64,000 nt of DNA from Candidatus Aerophobetes bacterium Ae_b3b (GCA_005223085.1 NJBP01000002.1:2427-66426), one strand, 5' to 3'. Positions 49,453 to 59,871 are shown, counted from the first letter of the stretch. Numbers and translations are program-made. Notes: generated from the letters alone by a model not told the origin.

Positions 49453-49814
49453 AATATCTCGGGACTCTTCCCCTTCGTCGCTGTATATCGACTTTGGATT
49501 GTTTCTGCTCGTCTTCTCGTTGCCTGCGGCACCTTAACGGCCGGGAAAGACGTGAGGATCTCGAGGGGGGAAACATCCCCCCTCGACGCTACGCTGCTCC
49601 CCCCAATCCAAAAACAGGCAGAGCACGTCGCTCCGCTCCTCAGACAACACGTCTTTCTTTTCCTCAACTATTCTTGAGGGGGAAAATATTCCCCCTCAAC
49701 GCTCGCTTCGCTCACTGCTCCCCCTAAATTCGAAGCCTGCAGAGCTGACTCGTTAAGGTGGCTGATATAAGGCTCCTTCGGGGAAAGTCCCTCGATACGC
49801 GTATAAATATCTTC
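49453..49814. repeat. MITE-like repeat, family A, copy 2 (~360 bp, with two internal palindromic insertions)
   Basis: Same termini as 37793-37996. The extra segments contain near-perfect hairpins (CTCGAGGGGGGAAACATCCCCCCTCGA; CTTGAGGGGGAAAATATTCCCCCTCAA). Confidence 0.75.
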
Positions 49815-49873
49815 CTGGTACTGGTAGTTTAGCCCGTTTTTGAAAAAGCTAAAGAGCGAAAGGAGAAAATGGT

Positions 49874-50905
49874 TTGAAGGCGATTTTAAAAAATAAGGAG
49901 GCCGTAGGTTTTGATCTTGAGGAGATACCTGTACCTGAGCCCAAGTCCAAAGAGGTTCTGGTTAAAGTGAAAGCTGCTGCTATATGCGGCTCGGATTTGA
50001 AAATTTTTAAGTGGATACCCTGGTGTAAAAATGTGGTTAAGTCTTTGCCCTTTATTCCAGGGCATGAATGTGCCGGTGAGGTGGTGGAGGTTGGAAAGGA
50101 GGTTAAAAGGATAAAAGTAGGGGATAAAGTAGCAGCGGAAACCCATATTACCTGTGGAAAATGCTGGCAATGTCGGCATGACCGCTCTCACACCTGCCAG
50201 AATATGGAACTTTTTGGTCACACTGTAAACGGCTGTTTTGCTGAATACTGTATAATACCCCTGGTCTCTACCAGGAGGGTGCCTGAGGATCTACCTTTTG
50301 AGAAGGGATGTCTTCTCGAACCAATGGGAATCCCCTTGAGGGCTGTATACGAAGGAGAAGTAGAGGGAGATTCAGTAGTGGTTATAGGATGTGGGCCTAT
50401 CGGGCAATTTGCGGTAGGGATTTCGAGGATAAAAGGAGCCGAAAAAATTATCGCTACCGATATTAACGAGAAAAGGCTAAACCTAGCCAGGAGAATGGGA
50501 GCGACTCATCTGGTTAATGCTCAAAAAGAATCTCTCGTAGATAGAGTTTTATCCCTGACCAACGGAAATGGAGCAGGAGTGATAATCGAGGCTTCGGGTG
50601 ATGCTCAAGCCTTAGAGAAAGCATTTAATTACTTAAGGACTGGGGGAAAGTTATTTATGATAGGTCATCCTGAGGAGCTTTTAAAGATTGATGGATCTCC
50701 TCAGATTATTCTCAAGGAAGCCAGAATCAGAGGACTGTTCGGAAGGGAAATATGGAGAACCTGGGAGATAGCCGAGAATCTACTTTCCGCGGGAAAACTC
50801 AATATAGATCCTATAATTACTCATAAATTTTCCTTAGAAGATTTCGAGAAGGCCTTCGATATAGCAATTTCGGGCCAAGGATGCAAGATACTTCTCATTC
50901 CTTGA
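49874..50905 (+). CDS. zinc-dependent medium-chain alcohol/polyol dehydrogenase
   Basis: GHECAGEVVEVG zinc signature and a structural-zinc Cys cluster (CGKCWQCRHDRSHTC). Confidence 0.85.
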   Translation: MKAILKNKEAVGFDLEEIPVPEPKSKEVLVKVKAAAICGSDLKIFKWIPWCKNVVKSLPFIPGHECAGEVVEVGKEVKRIKVGDKVAAETHITCGKCWQCRHDRSHTCQNMELFGHTVNGCFAEYCIIPLVSTRRVPEDLPFEKGCLLEPMGIPLRAVYEGEVEGDSVVVIGCGPIGQFAVGISRIKGAEKIIATDINEKRLNLARRMGATHLVNAQKESLVDRVLSLTNGNGAGVIIEASGDAQALEKAFNYLRTGGKLFMIGHPEELLKIDGSPQIILKEARIRGLFGREIWRTWEIAENLLSAGKLNIDPIITHKFSLEDFEKAFDIAISGQGCKILLIP

Positions 50906-50926
50906 TAGCTTTAAAGGAGTAATTCA

Positions 50927-51874
50927 ATGGCTGTTCTTATTACGGGAGGTTACGGACAATTAGGGTCCTGGCTTACCTACCAGTTTGCTGGGGTGGGAAA
51001 AGAGGTTATAGTTCTCGATGTGGTAGGTAAAGACCTTGATTATCTTAAGGAAATAAAAGATAAGATTAGATTTGTTCGGGCAAGTGTGCTCGATTTCCCA
51101 AAACTGGTGGAAGTATTTATCCGGTACAAGGATAAAATTGAGGGAATTATACATACAGTAGCGATAACTGCCGACCCCTCTCTTGAGGGAAACCCTCACC
51201 AGGCTCTTATGATAAATCTCACCGGGACAGTCAATATGCTCGAGCTGGCTAGACTCTTTAAAATTAAGAAATTTCTCTTTGCTAGCTCAGGAGCAGTATA
51301 TGGAGAGGTAAAAGACAACCCTTCTGAACTTACTCATCCTCTTCATCCTAGTGACTTATATGGCGCCAGCAAGGTGGCCGGGGAGCTCATTGGTCAGCAA
51401 TATGAGCATCACTATGGTCTTGATTTTCGGAGTGCTCGTCTTTACTTTTTCTTTGGTCCGGGAAGGCTTCCTTCCCAGCAAACTGAGCTGTTTAAAAATC
51501 TTCTAGGGCCTCTTGAGGGTCTTCCTGGTCTAAAACTGGAGAAGGGTGCCGATCAGAAACTGGGATTTACTTACGTTAAAGATATCGCCTATGGAACTTA
51601 TCTTCTCTACCAGGCTGAAAATCTCAAGCACAAATCGGTAAATATCTCTTCCGAACAACCGATTTCTTTCCTCCAGATGGTGAGCTTAGCTCAAAAGTAT
51701 AGTGATAAACCTACTCAGGTGGAGATAGGCCCGGGCAAGCTCTTTCCTCGAGGAGAGACTTTGGATATCTCTCTTGCCAAAGAGGAGCTTGGATTTTATC
51801 CCCAATATACTGTGGAGGAAGGTATGCGCGAATACGCCCGGTGGGTAAAGAAAAATGCGATGAGGAAGGATTAG
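50927..51874 (+). CDS. NAD-dependent epimerase/dehydratase (extended SDR)
   Basis: ITGGYGQLGSWL Rossmann motif and YGASK catalytic motif. Confidence 0.8.
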   Translation: MAVLITGGYGQLGSWLTYQFAGVGKEVIVLDVVGKDLDYLKEIKDKIRFVRASVLDFPKLVEVFIRYKDKIEGIIHTVAITADPSLEGNPHQALMINLTGTVNMLELARLFKIKKFLFASSGAVYGEVKDNPSELTHPLHPSDLYGASKVAGELIGQQYEHHYGLDFRSARLYFFFGPGRLPSQQTELFKNLLGPLEGLPGLKLEKGADQKLGFTYVKDIAYGTYLLYQAENLKHKSVNISSEQPISFLQMVSLAQKYSDKPTQVEIGPGKLFPRGETLDISLAKEELGFYPQYTVEEGMREYARWVKKNAMRKD

Positions 51875-51887
51875 AGAGGACGATAAG

Positions 51888-53441
51888 ATGGCTAGATATG
51901 TCATTGGCGGTGATGTGGGCTCATCCGGGTACAAAGCAGTCCTTCTGGATATGGAAACCGGTGAGGTTAAGGCAACTGCTAGTGTGGTTTATGAAGTGAA
52001 CTGGGTTAAGCCAAGCTGGGCTCAACAAGATCCTATTCTCTGGAAAAGAGCATTTATAAAGGCAACTAAAAGGCTATTAAAAAATGCAGGAATTGCAAGT
52101 AAAGAAGTTGAGGGGATTGCTTTTTCCGGTCAGCAGCACGGAGCAGTGGTAGTGGATAAGGATAATCAACCTTTGTATGAAGCCATTTTATGGTGTTGTC
52201 AAAGGAGTGCTCAGGAATGTAAGGATATAGAAGAAAGTGTAGCTAAAGAGACTGCCAGAACAGATGCTTATGTTGAAGAGATTGGTATGCATGCTATGCC
52301 TGGTTTTCAAGGACCAAAGGTGCTCTGGATCTACAGGCACCTACCTCAGGTTTATAAAAGGACAGAACAACTTTTATTTCCCAAGGACTGGCTAAAGACA
52401 GAGATCAGCCGAGAAAAAAGGTGGGCAACAGAACTTTCTGATCTTTCTGGCTCGGGCTATCTAAGGCTAGATGGCACATTGTCGGAATTAGTAATGAAGG
52501 TTATGAAATTAAATTCTCGCTGGGTACCGGAGATTCTTCCTTCTACTTCTCAAGTAGGTACTGTTTCAGAGGGAATAGCTAAAAAGACAGGCTTAGATGT
52601 AGATACCAGAATCTTCGGTGGAGGAGGAGATAATCCGTGTAGTATGCTAGGCAATAATGCCTATCTTCTAGAGAGTGTAGGTACCTCAGGTACCTTTTCC
52701 GTCAGGGTTAAACAGCCCATCGTGGATGGAACCCTACATCCTTTCATTCTTCCTGACGATAGATTTAATCATCCCCGGGGACCAAGACAGCCCTTGCACT
52801 GTATTATTGATGCGGCCAGTGCCATAGATTATATCGCCGAGAAGGTTTATGGAAAAGGTAGGTTTACTTACGAGATGCTTAACAGAGTTGCCAGAAATAC
52901 GCCGGCAGGCTCCAATGGCAAAATCATTATTCCTTTTATCCATGGACAAAGGGTTCCCTATGCGCCTCAGGGTAAACTCTACATCAAGGGATATGATCCG
53001 ACTAAGGATAAAAAGGAAGATTTGATTCGTGCGGTAATGGAGGGAGTAGCCTATGCTATGAAGTATGGCTTTGAGCTCTTACAAAGAGGTATGCAAAAGC
53101 AGAAAATAGCTGAGCCGAAAAGAATTACCATTACCGGGGGCGGTTCTAAAGGCGAAGAAGCTAGCCAGATAAGATCGGATGTTTACGGCAAGGAGCTTAT
53201 CAATCCTCATACTGAGGGTGCCGCGGTTGGTGCTGCCTACATTGCTGCAGCAGGAGTGCTTGATGAGCCAGTAGAAGAGGTATCAGCCAGGTTATTTGAA
53301 AGAGGGATTCAACTCAGCCTGCAAAAACCCACTTTTGTAATTCCCCGGGATGAAAACATCAGGCTGTATGAAGAGGGCTATCAAAGATATTTAGAAATTC
53401 TTGAAGAGGCTATTGAAAATAACTTTGAGCAAAAATGGTAG
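51888..53441 (+). CDS. FGGY-family carbohydrate kinase (xylulokinase-like)
   Basis: VIGGDVGSSGYKAV N-terminus, FGGY_N/C pattern, ITGGGSKG. Confidence 0.8.
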   Translation: MARYVIGGDVGSSGYKAVLLDMETGEVKATASVVYEVNWVKPSWAQQDPILWKRAFIKATKRLLKNAGIASKEVEGIAFSGQQHGAVVVDKDNQPLYEAILWCCQRSAQECKDIEESVAKETARTDAYVEEIGMHAMPGFQGPKVLWIYRHLPQVYKRTEQLLFPKDWLKTEISREKRWATELSDLSGSGYLRLDGTLSELVMKVMKLNSRWVPEILPSTSQVGTVSEGIAKKTGLDVDTRIFGGGGDNPCSMLGNNAYLLESVGTSGTFSVRVKQPIVDGTLHPFILPDDRFNHPRGPRQPLHCIIDAASAIDYIAEKVYGKGRFTYEMLNRVARNTPAGSNGKIIIPFIHGQRVPYAPQGKLYIKGYDPTKDKKEDLIRAVMEGVAYAMKYGFELLQRGMQKQKIAEPKRITITGGGSKGEEASQIRSDVYGKELINPHTEGAAVGAAYIAAAGVLDEPVEEVSARLFERGIQLSLQKPTFVIPRDENIRLYEEGYQRYLEILEEAIENNFEQKW

Positions 53442-53454
53442 AATTCAGGAAAAC

Positions 53455-54678
53455 TTATTCTGGAGGTTGAGAACCCTGAGATTTTAGCTGGGCGGCTTTT
53501 TCATGGTGATCCGCTGCCTGTAAATACATTCCTTTCTCTGCGTACAGGTCCCCTAGTAGCTCATGGGCCTGAGCATCCTGCGGGTTAATCTGTATTACCT
53601 TCCTCAAGTTTTGTTCAGCAAGATCGTACTTTTTCTCTTCAAAATAAATAAGGCCTAAATTGAAATAGGCATCTGGATTGTCGGGATGATGCTGGGTCTC
53701 TTTCTCATAACACTCAATGGCTTGCTCGTTTTTACCTTGCTTGTAGTAAATACTACCCAGATGAAAGTAGGTGTCCTGAAAAACAGGTTTCAGTTTTAGG
53801 ACCTCTTGAAACTCCTCAATTGCTTGTGCGTACTTTTGTAGCTGGACGTAGGTGTGAGCTAAATTATAATGGAAGAAAGGCTCATCTGGTTTTATTTTTA
53901 CTGCTTTTTCCAGCTCGGCTTCTGCTTTAGGATACTCTCCTTGTTCCATATAAATGTTAGCCAGATAGGCATGGGCATAACTATTTTTGGGTTCCAGCTC
54001 TATCACTATCTGCAACTCCTTCTCTGCTTTTTCATAGTTTTTCTGTTCAAGATGGACCCTTCCTAAATAAAGATGAGAATCTACGTGTTTAGGGTTCTGA
54101 GTGACCGCTTTCTGGAGTGATTCCAAAGCCTTGTCCCAACGATGGAGCTTAAAATAACTCATTCCTAAACTCGTATACGCTCTCTTTAAATCAGGGTTAA
54201 GATCAATAGCTTTTTCAAAGTTCTCCATCGCTTTTTCGTATTCCCCCTGCCAGTAAAGGATTTGGCCTAAATTGTACCAGGCTAGAGCATCGGAAGGATT
54301 AATGGTTATTTCTTTCTCATATTCAGTTATAGCTTTTTCAGGCAGTTGCTGATAGGAAAATAGGTTTCCCAATAGCAAGTGAATCCCTGGATAGGCTGGT
54401 TTAAGTTTTACGCAGACCATAAGCTCCTCAGTAGCTTCCTCGTATTCTTTGAGTTCGAGGTCGGTGAGAGCTAAGTTATAGTGGGCTTCAAAGTTGTCCG
54501 GCTCCAGTTTAACAGCCTGCTCGAAGGCTTGCCTAGCTTTGGTGTACTCCTTCAAGTGATAATAATCCAGTCCGAGCTTAATATATGGTGCCGAGTTTTG
54601 TTCTGGATATGCCAATCCTGAAGAAAATAAGATTATCCCCAGGCCTATCAGAAATGAAAACACTACTATTTTCTTCAA
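53455..54678 (-). CDS. tetratricopeptide-repeat protein with signal peptide
   Basis: About 10 consecutive 34-aa TPR units (AxxYxNLGxxYxxxGxYxxA). Confidence 0.8.
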   Translation of the reverse strand: MKKIVVFSFLIGLGIILFSSGLAYPEQNSAPYIKLGLDYYHLKEYTKARQAFEQAVKLEPDNFEAHYNLALTDLELKEYEEATEELMVCVKLKPAYPGIHLLLGNLFSYQQLPEKAITEYEKEITINPSDALAWYNLGQILYWQGEYEKAMENFEKAIDLNPDLKRAYTSLGMSYFKLHRWDKALESLQKAVTQNPKHVDSHLYLGRVHLEQKNYEKAEKELQIVIELEPKNSYAHAYLANIYMEQGEYPKAEAELEKAVKIKPDEPFFHYNLAHTYVQLQKYAQAIEEFQEVLKLKPVFQDTYFHLGSIYYKQGKNEQAIECYEKETQHHPDNPDAYFNLGLIYFEEKKYDLAEQNLRKVIQINPQDAQAHELLGDLYAEKGMYLQAADHHEKAAQLKSQGSQPPE

Positions 54679-56147
54679 TCTCTATCCTCCTTGATCAAAG
54701 TAGATTCCTCTAGCTGATAAACAATTTGTAGTTCTACAGTGAGAGAATTTTTCTGCCAGGAAGAGGGAAAAGGAGGAAAAGGTGAGGTATCTTTTATCAG
54801 TTTTTCTGCGGCGCGATTGAGCACTTCGTAACTACAGGGAGACGAAACTTCAGTCTTTATGACTCTGCCACTGGAATTAATCGTGAATCTGACCTTTATT
54901 CTTCCTTTCCATCCGTGTTGCCTGGCAACCGATGGATATTTTTTGTTGGCGTTGATTAACTTTCGAGTCTTTTGTGCATATTCTCTTAGCCAAAGGCTCT
55001 CGGTAAGGCGCTCTGTATCTTCCTTCAGGATCCTGATTTCTTCTCGGTGAAAATCTGGCTCAGTGGTCAGAGGTGAGAATTTCTTTTTTTCTACGATGGG
55101 GGAATAACCACGAGTCCTTGGCTGCACAATCGGATCTAAGGAAGTGGACAAAATTTCGCGCCTAACCTTTTCCTTAGCTTTACCGAGGGATATTCTCGGG
55201 AGCGGATTTGGTTCCCTCAAAGCGGCTTTTTTATAAGGGAAAACTCGTGAAGCTCTTGAGATTATGATTTCGGGTCGTATACCTTCTTCTGTGATTCTTA
55301 CCTGGTGAGGATAGTAGTTCTTTTCACTTTTCCTCATAGGGAAAGCGTTAAGGTTCCTTTCCGTGGGTAAATAAGAAGCTGACATAGGTTCCGATTTCTT
55401 TTCCTCGAAAAGAAGACCCAGGAAAGCCAGGCTTCCCTCCCTTTGTCTTAGCGGTAGAGTCTGGTTTAAACCTACAGGCTCAGTAGCTAAACTCGGGGTA
55501 TGATCGGCCAACCTTTTTTGGCTCAAGTTTTCCTCCCTCGCAAGGTAAACGCTTGCTTCAATTTTCCTGAGGAGAGGAGATTTTTCCACTTGGGTTAAGG
55601 GTGAGAAAGACGAGGAGATGGCGGCTTTGTCAACTGAAAGATTCACTCCCGGGATCTTACTCACCATCTTGGATGTTCCTTCTCTGAGAGGGTTAGATTC
55701 CATGGTCGATTCACGTACCTTTGTTGGTGGGGAAAAAAGGGATAGAGATTTTCTTTTCCTGTGGTTAGATGTCTCTTCGGGAGAAAGGATTCTCTCCTGA
55801 GATCTCAGATTGGAAGAAATAGAGGGCTTTATCGTGCGAATCGAAGATGGCTTGAGTAGCTCCCTATTCTTTCTTTTGAATGCAATGGTTAAGGGAGAGA
55901 TTATGGATTTTCCCGATGATTCCCTCAGGTGATGATTTATTTTAGGCAAAGAGATAATGTAGTCTACTTTTATACTTTTGACATATTTGACAGACTTCGG
56001 GGGAGAAAGGAAAATGGGGGCTGCAAGAAGTCCCAAATGAATGAGTATGGAAATGAGAAGAGAAAATGTCTCTACTTTCAATTTACCCACTCTATTTTTC
56101 TTACCAGTCCCTAATTTCCCCCTTTTTACTTTCTTTCTAGAGGCCAA
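54675..56147 (-). CDS. TonB-family energy transducer (N-terminal TM anchor, Pro/Ser-rich linker, TonB_C domain)
   Basis: TM helix LLISILIHLGLLAAPIFL, low-complexity linker, C-terminal TonB fold (GRIKVRFTINSSGRVIKTEV). Confidence 0.65.
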   Translation of the reverse strand: MASRKKVKRGKLGTGKKNRVGKLKVETFSLLISILIHLGLLAAPIFLSPPKSVKYVKSIKVDYIISLPKINHHLRESSGKSIISPLTIAFKRKNRELLKPSSIRTIKPSISSNLRSQERILSPEETSNHRKRKSLSLFSPPTKVRESTMESNPLREGTSKMVSKIPGVNLSVDKAAISSSFSPLTQVEKSPLLRKIEASVYLAREENLSQKRLADHTPSLATEPVGLNQTLPLRQREGSLAFLGLLFEEKKSEPMSASYLPTERNLNAFPMRKSEKNYYPHQVRITEEGIRPEIIISRASRVFPYKKAALREPNPLPRISLGKAKEKVRREILSTSLDPIVQPRTRGYSPIVEKKKFSPLTTEPDFHREEIRILKEDTERLTESLWLREYAQKTRKLINANKKYPSVARQHGWKGRIKVRFTINSSGRVIKTEVSSPCSYEVLNRAAEKLIKDTSPFPPFPSSWQKNSLTVELQIVYQLEESTLIKEDRD

Positions 56148-58023
56148 TTTTCATCCCCAGATTGATTCTTCTACCCGGCATGGGGTAATCCCTGAACACC
56201 TGGTATGACTCATCCAGTAAATTCTCCCCCGTGGCAAAAACCTCAACTTTCTTGGTTAACCTTTGAGAAAGCCTGGCGTTAAGGAGATTATAGCCCTTTA
56301 ATTTCTGGGTGTTTTCTCTATTGGTATATTGCTCACTTACCTTCTCTGTCTCTATGCGGATGCCTAATCCAAAATCTGTTTCATATTCCAGACTCAAGCC
56401 CATTTTGTATTCAGGTGTATATGCCAGATAATTTCCTTTATACTCCTCACCCTCATCCTTAGCTTGTTGATAGAGATAATTTAATCCGAGAGATAACCTC
56501 GAGGTCAACTGTAATCTGAGCTCCGATTCTATACCCTGGTTATGGGCCTTGTCTACATTGGTAGCCTGCCAGTGCCAGGGTGAAATCTCCACCCAGCTAA
56601 TTAGCTGCTCAGTTTTTCTATCAAACCAACTTATTCTGGCTAGTAGAGGCAGGCTAAACTGATGCTCCAATCCCAACTCATAGCCTCTAGATTTTTCTGG
56701 TTTAAGGTCTTCATTTCCAAATAGACCCATTCCCCATCCCCAATCCTCATACCAGTAAAGTTCATTTACCGTAGGGGGCCTGAAAGCCTGACCATAGGAA
56801 GCACGAAGGCGGGTATTGTGTCCTAAAAGGTAAAGGAGACTCACTCGAGGACTGCATTGGGAAGCGTAGGCGGAGGGATTGTCGTACCTCAGTCCCGGGA
56901 GGAGGACTAAGCGGGAAGAAGGATTTATCTCGTCCTGAAGATAAAGAGAAATCGTATCTAACTTCCGGGGGTCACCAATTCTGGAAGCTCCATCAATGGT
57001 TGTGACTTTGACCCGATCCTGTCTTAGCTCCAAACCTATCGTGGGGAAATGTCTTCCCCAGGGGAGGCTATACTGCATTTGCACACCACTGGCAAGATTT
57101 TCTGTTGTATCTTTCATCGGACCGCCCCAGGCCTCAGGGTCTTGGTAACATATTTCATATTGTTCGATAAAAGTTTTAGTAAGAAGACGAGCTCCTCCTT
57201 TTAAATCCTTGTGGTAGGAAAGATCCAAGAAGTTCCTTTTGTCCTCTTCCCGGGCACCAGGAGTGGGATAAGTGGTGGAGCCGGGAACCCCGCTGTCTCG
57301 ATGAGAGTAACCAGCCAATAAAGAGAACCCCGATGAATCATTGACTTCATAAGTGAGCTTGGCTGTCGCATGTGTCTCGTTACAGCCACTATTTTCTCTG
57401 TCTCCGGCTGAGTCTCCCAGCTTAGCGGTGAGAAAGTATCCAGTCTTGTCTAGCTTTCCACCATGGGTAAGAGTGTATCCACTGGTTTCATAGGTGCCAT
57501 AGGAAGCTCTGATCTCGGTCTGCCTCTTTTCAGGAGCAGGTTTGGTAATGATATTGATAACGCCGCTCAGGGCGTTAGCTCCGTAGAGAGAGGAGAAGGG
57601 ACCTCTAACTACCTCGATCCTTTCGATGTTTTGTACCGGAAGGAAACCCAGATCTATGGTTCCGGAAGCGGCAGGATTTAATTCTCGTCCATCCATTAAA
57701 ACTAAGACTTGATCTGCGGCAGAACCGCGAATATGTGCTGTAGTCAGTGAACCCGGACCCCCGTAAGCGGTCACTCTCATTCCCGCTACATTCTCTAATG
57801 CCTGAGCCACCGTGGAAGCACCGGTTTGTTCGATCTCTTTTTCAGTGATGACCGTGGTGCTCACCGGAACATCCTTTAATAAATGGGGAGTACGGGTAGC
57901 GGTAATAACTATTTTTTCTAGCTCTAGGATGCTTTCTTCTTTATTTTCCTCAGCCTCTGTCCAACCGGAAAAGATAAGCACTAGACCCAAGGTTACCATA
58001 AGTAATCTGCTAAATGAAGACAT
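56137..58023 (-). CDS. TonB-dependent outer-membrane receptor (probable corrinoid transporter BtuB-like)
   Basis: Signal peptide, plug domain with TonB box region, C-terminal beta-barrel ending with aromatic residue. Preceded by a cobalamin riboswitch. Confidence 0.8.
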   Translation of the reverse strand: MSSFSRLLMVTLGLVLIFSGWTEAEENKEESILELEKIVITATRTPHLLKDVPVSTTVITEKEIEQTGASTVAQALENVAGMRVTAYGGPGSLTTAHIRGSAADQVLVLMDGRELNPAASGTIDLGFLPVQNIERIEVVRGPFSSLYGANALSGVINIITKPAPEKRQTEIRASYGTYETSGYTLTHGGKLDKTGYFLTAKLGDSAGDRENSGCNETHATAKLTYEVNDSSGFSLLAGYSHRDSGVPGSTTYPTPGAREEDKRNFLDLSYHKDLKGGARLLTKTFIEQYEICYQDPEAWGGPMKDTTENLASGVQMQYSLPWGRHFPTIGLELRQDRVKVTTIDGASRIGDPRKLDTISLYLQDEINPSSRLVLLPGLRYDNPSAYASQCSPRVSLLYLLGHNTRLRASYGQAFRPPTVNELYWYEDWGWGMGLFGNEDLKPEKSRGYELGLEHQFSLPLLARISWFDRKTEQLISWVEISPWHWQATNVDKAHNQGIESELRLQLTSRLSLGLNYLYQQAKDEGEEYKGNYLAYTPEYKMGLSLEYETDFGLGIRIETEKVSEQYTNRENTQKLKGYNLLNARLSQRLTKKVEVFATGENLLDESYQVFRDYPMPGRRINLGMKIGL

Positions 58024-58224
58024 TGCCTTCTCCCTTCCTTTTATTCTCTGTATCTAACGGTGCTAACCTACATGCCTCATCCTTCTGAGGGTACTCCTCA
58101 GTTATTCAAAAAGCTACTTCCTATAAAAAACCCCAGCCTTCCCGATAAAGAAAGCTGGGGTTCTATTGTTCGACAAAAACCCTCATTACCTTTTATGCGA
58201 AGAAGGAGGGTACACACACATAGG

Positions 58225-58425
58225 CAGGTCTTCTGGCTCCCGGTGACCTCAATCTTGAGTTTTTCTACTCTCCGCGCCTTCCCATCTCACTGGCTCATCA
58301 AAATTACTACATCAAGAGACAGTGGCCTAGTGCGGATTTCGCTACCGGTTACAGCGGCGCAACCGCGAGGGTTTCTCACCCTCTTCCCTTTTAAGCCCAC
58401 ATAGGGCACCTATATACTTCAACCA
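58225..58425 (-). promoter_or_regulatory. cobalamin (B12) riboswitch
   Basis: Minus-strand RNA: GGUGCC...AAAAGGGAA...GGUGAGAAACCC...GCUGUAACCGGUAGCG...GCCACUG (B12 box)...GGGAAGGCG. Lies in the leader of the TonB-dependent receptor. Confidence 0.8.
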
Positions 58426-58509
58426 GGACATTAAAGAGCAGATATTTTATAATACTGTATCAAGAATTTTTGTCAAATTGAACGTTCCAAGATTCCCTCA
58501 TTTAGTGAA

Positions 58510-59871
58510 CTATTTTTTTTCCTTTCCGTTAAAGATCCTTCTATAGCTTAGGTTTAAAATGAGGGCAGGAAGTGAATATTTCCACCTTCTTCCTCCGGAT
58601 AAACTGGTCAGTCTCTTAAAAATAGAAGAAAGACGATAGATTCTCTGATAGGCCCAGTCAAATCCTTGTTTTAGCTCCTGAGGAGTCATTGATTTTGGTT
58701 TAAAGACCGCATGGGCCAGGTCATAATTTGACCAATTTCTATCTATGATTCTATCTTCTTTTTCTAATTTTTCATATAATTTTGTCCCCGGCAAAGGGGT
58801 GAGAATGCTGAATTGAACGACATCTAACTTCACTCTCTCTATGAATTCTACTGTTTTTTTGAAGATACTCTTATCATCATGATCAAAGCCAAAGATAAAG
58901 GCCCCTTCAATTGATATCCCAAACCGGTGGATTTTTTCAATAGCCTTCTCGTAGAATTTTATCTTATTTTGAGATTTATCAGCTTCCGCCAGGGAGGCTT
59001 CAGAAATTGATTCAAAACCAATGAATAGTCCTTTGCATCCGCTGGCTGCTGCCAGTTGCAGAACGTCTTCGTGCCGGGCTATGTTGATAGAAGATTGCCC
59101 TATCCATAAAAGCTTATAGGGTACCAAAGCCTTAAACAGCTCCCGGGCATAGGCAATATTCCCGACAATGTTATCATCGAGAAATCCCAGGAAGCGCGTT
59201 TTTAGGGGTTTACTTACCATACCTTTGATTTCTTCTATGACTTTTTTTACCGGACGAAAGCGATATTTCTTGCCGAAAAATTTAGAGACCGAACAGAAAC
59301 TACAATCAAAGGGACAGCCCCTGGTCAATTGCAAGAAACGACTGAGAAGATAGCCTTTATCCTTAACGAGCTCTCTTCTGGGAATAGGTATCTTCACCGG
59401 ATCCGGCCTCTGGGAATTTCGGTAGAACTTGGCCAGTGCTTGCTTTCCTCCCCTTTTAAAATCCTCAATTAGCCTCTCCCATAATCCTTCTGCCTCTCCT
59501 ATTACTACTGCATCTGCATGTTTAGCTGTTTCCTCGGGCAAAACTGTCGCATGTATCCCCCCAAAGACCACCAGAACCCCTCTTTCTCTAAATGTATCCG
59601 CTATTTCGTAAGCACGGGGACTGGAGGCGGTCATAGTAGTTATCCCTACCAGGTCAACCTTCTTATCAAAATCTATCTCTTCAATATTCTCATCAATTAT
59701 CTCCACTTTTACATCCTTAGGAGTTAAGGCAGATACAATAAGAAGATTATGGGGGGGAACTTTAAAGATTCTACCTCTGCCCATTCTCTTAATTTTTGTC
59801 TCTTTTTTCCAGGTAGGTGAAATCAACAGTATTTTCATATTTCCTCTTCCTTTTTTTGAATGATTTTCCAT
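58510..59871 (-). CDS. B12-binding domain radical SAM protein
   Basis: N-terminal cobalamin-binding Rossmann (KILLISP..., VVFGGIHATV) and radical SAM CxxxCxxC (RGCPFDCSFCS). Confidence 0.8.
   Translation of the reverse strand: MENHSKKGRGNMKILLISPTWKKETKIKRMGRGRIFKVPPHNLLIVSALTPKDVKVEIIDENIEEIDFDKKVDLVGITTMTASSPRAYEIADTFRERGVLVVFGGIHATVLPEETAKHADAVVIGEAEGLWERLIEDFKRGGKQALAKFYRNSQRPDPVKIPIPRRELVKDKGYLLSRFLQLTRGCPFDCSFCSVSKFFGKKYRFRPVKKVIEEIKGMVSKPLKTRFLGFLDDNIVGNIAYARELFKALVPYKLLWIGQSSINIARHEDVLQLAAASGCKGLFIGFESISEASLAEADKSQNKIKFYEKAIEKIHRFGISIEGAFIFGFDHDDKSIFKKTVEFIERVKLDVVQFSILTPLPGTKLYEKLEKEDRIIDRNWSNYDLAHAVFKPKSMTPQELKQGFDWAYQRIYRLSSIFKRLTSLSGGRRWKYSLPALILNLSYRRIFNGKEKK

Noticed and set aside
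49560-49745. Internal palindromes of MITE copy 2 as independent Rho-independent terminators
   Set aside because: They are G/C-run hairpins without a trailing U-tract and sit inside a repeat copy. More likely nested insertions or expansions.
58060-58404. 114-aa plus-strand ORF
   Set aside because: Antisense to the cobalamin riboswitch. The riboswitch reading explains the conservation-like GC structure.
58510-59871. B12-binding radical SAM as an anaerobic sulfatase-maturating enzyme for the island
   Set aside because: anSMEs are SPASM-domain rSAMs without a cobalamin-binding domain. This gene sits in the corrinoid block 30 kb away and the sulfatase-fold proteins have no Cys/Ser to modify.
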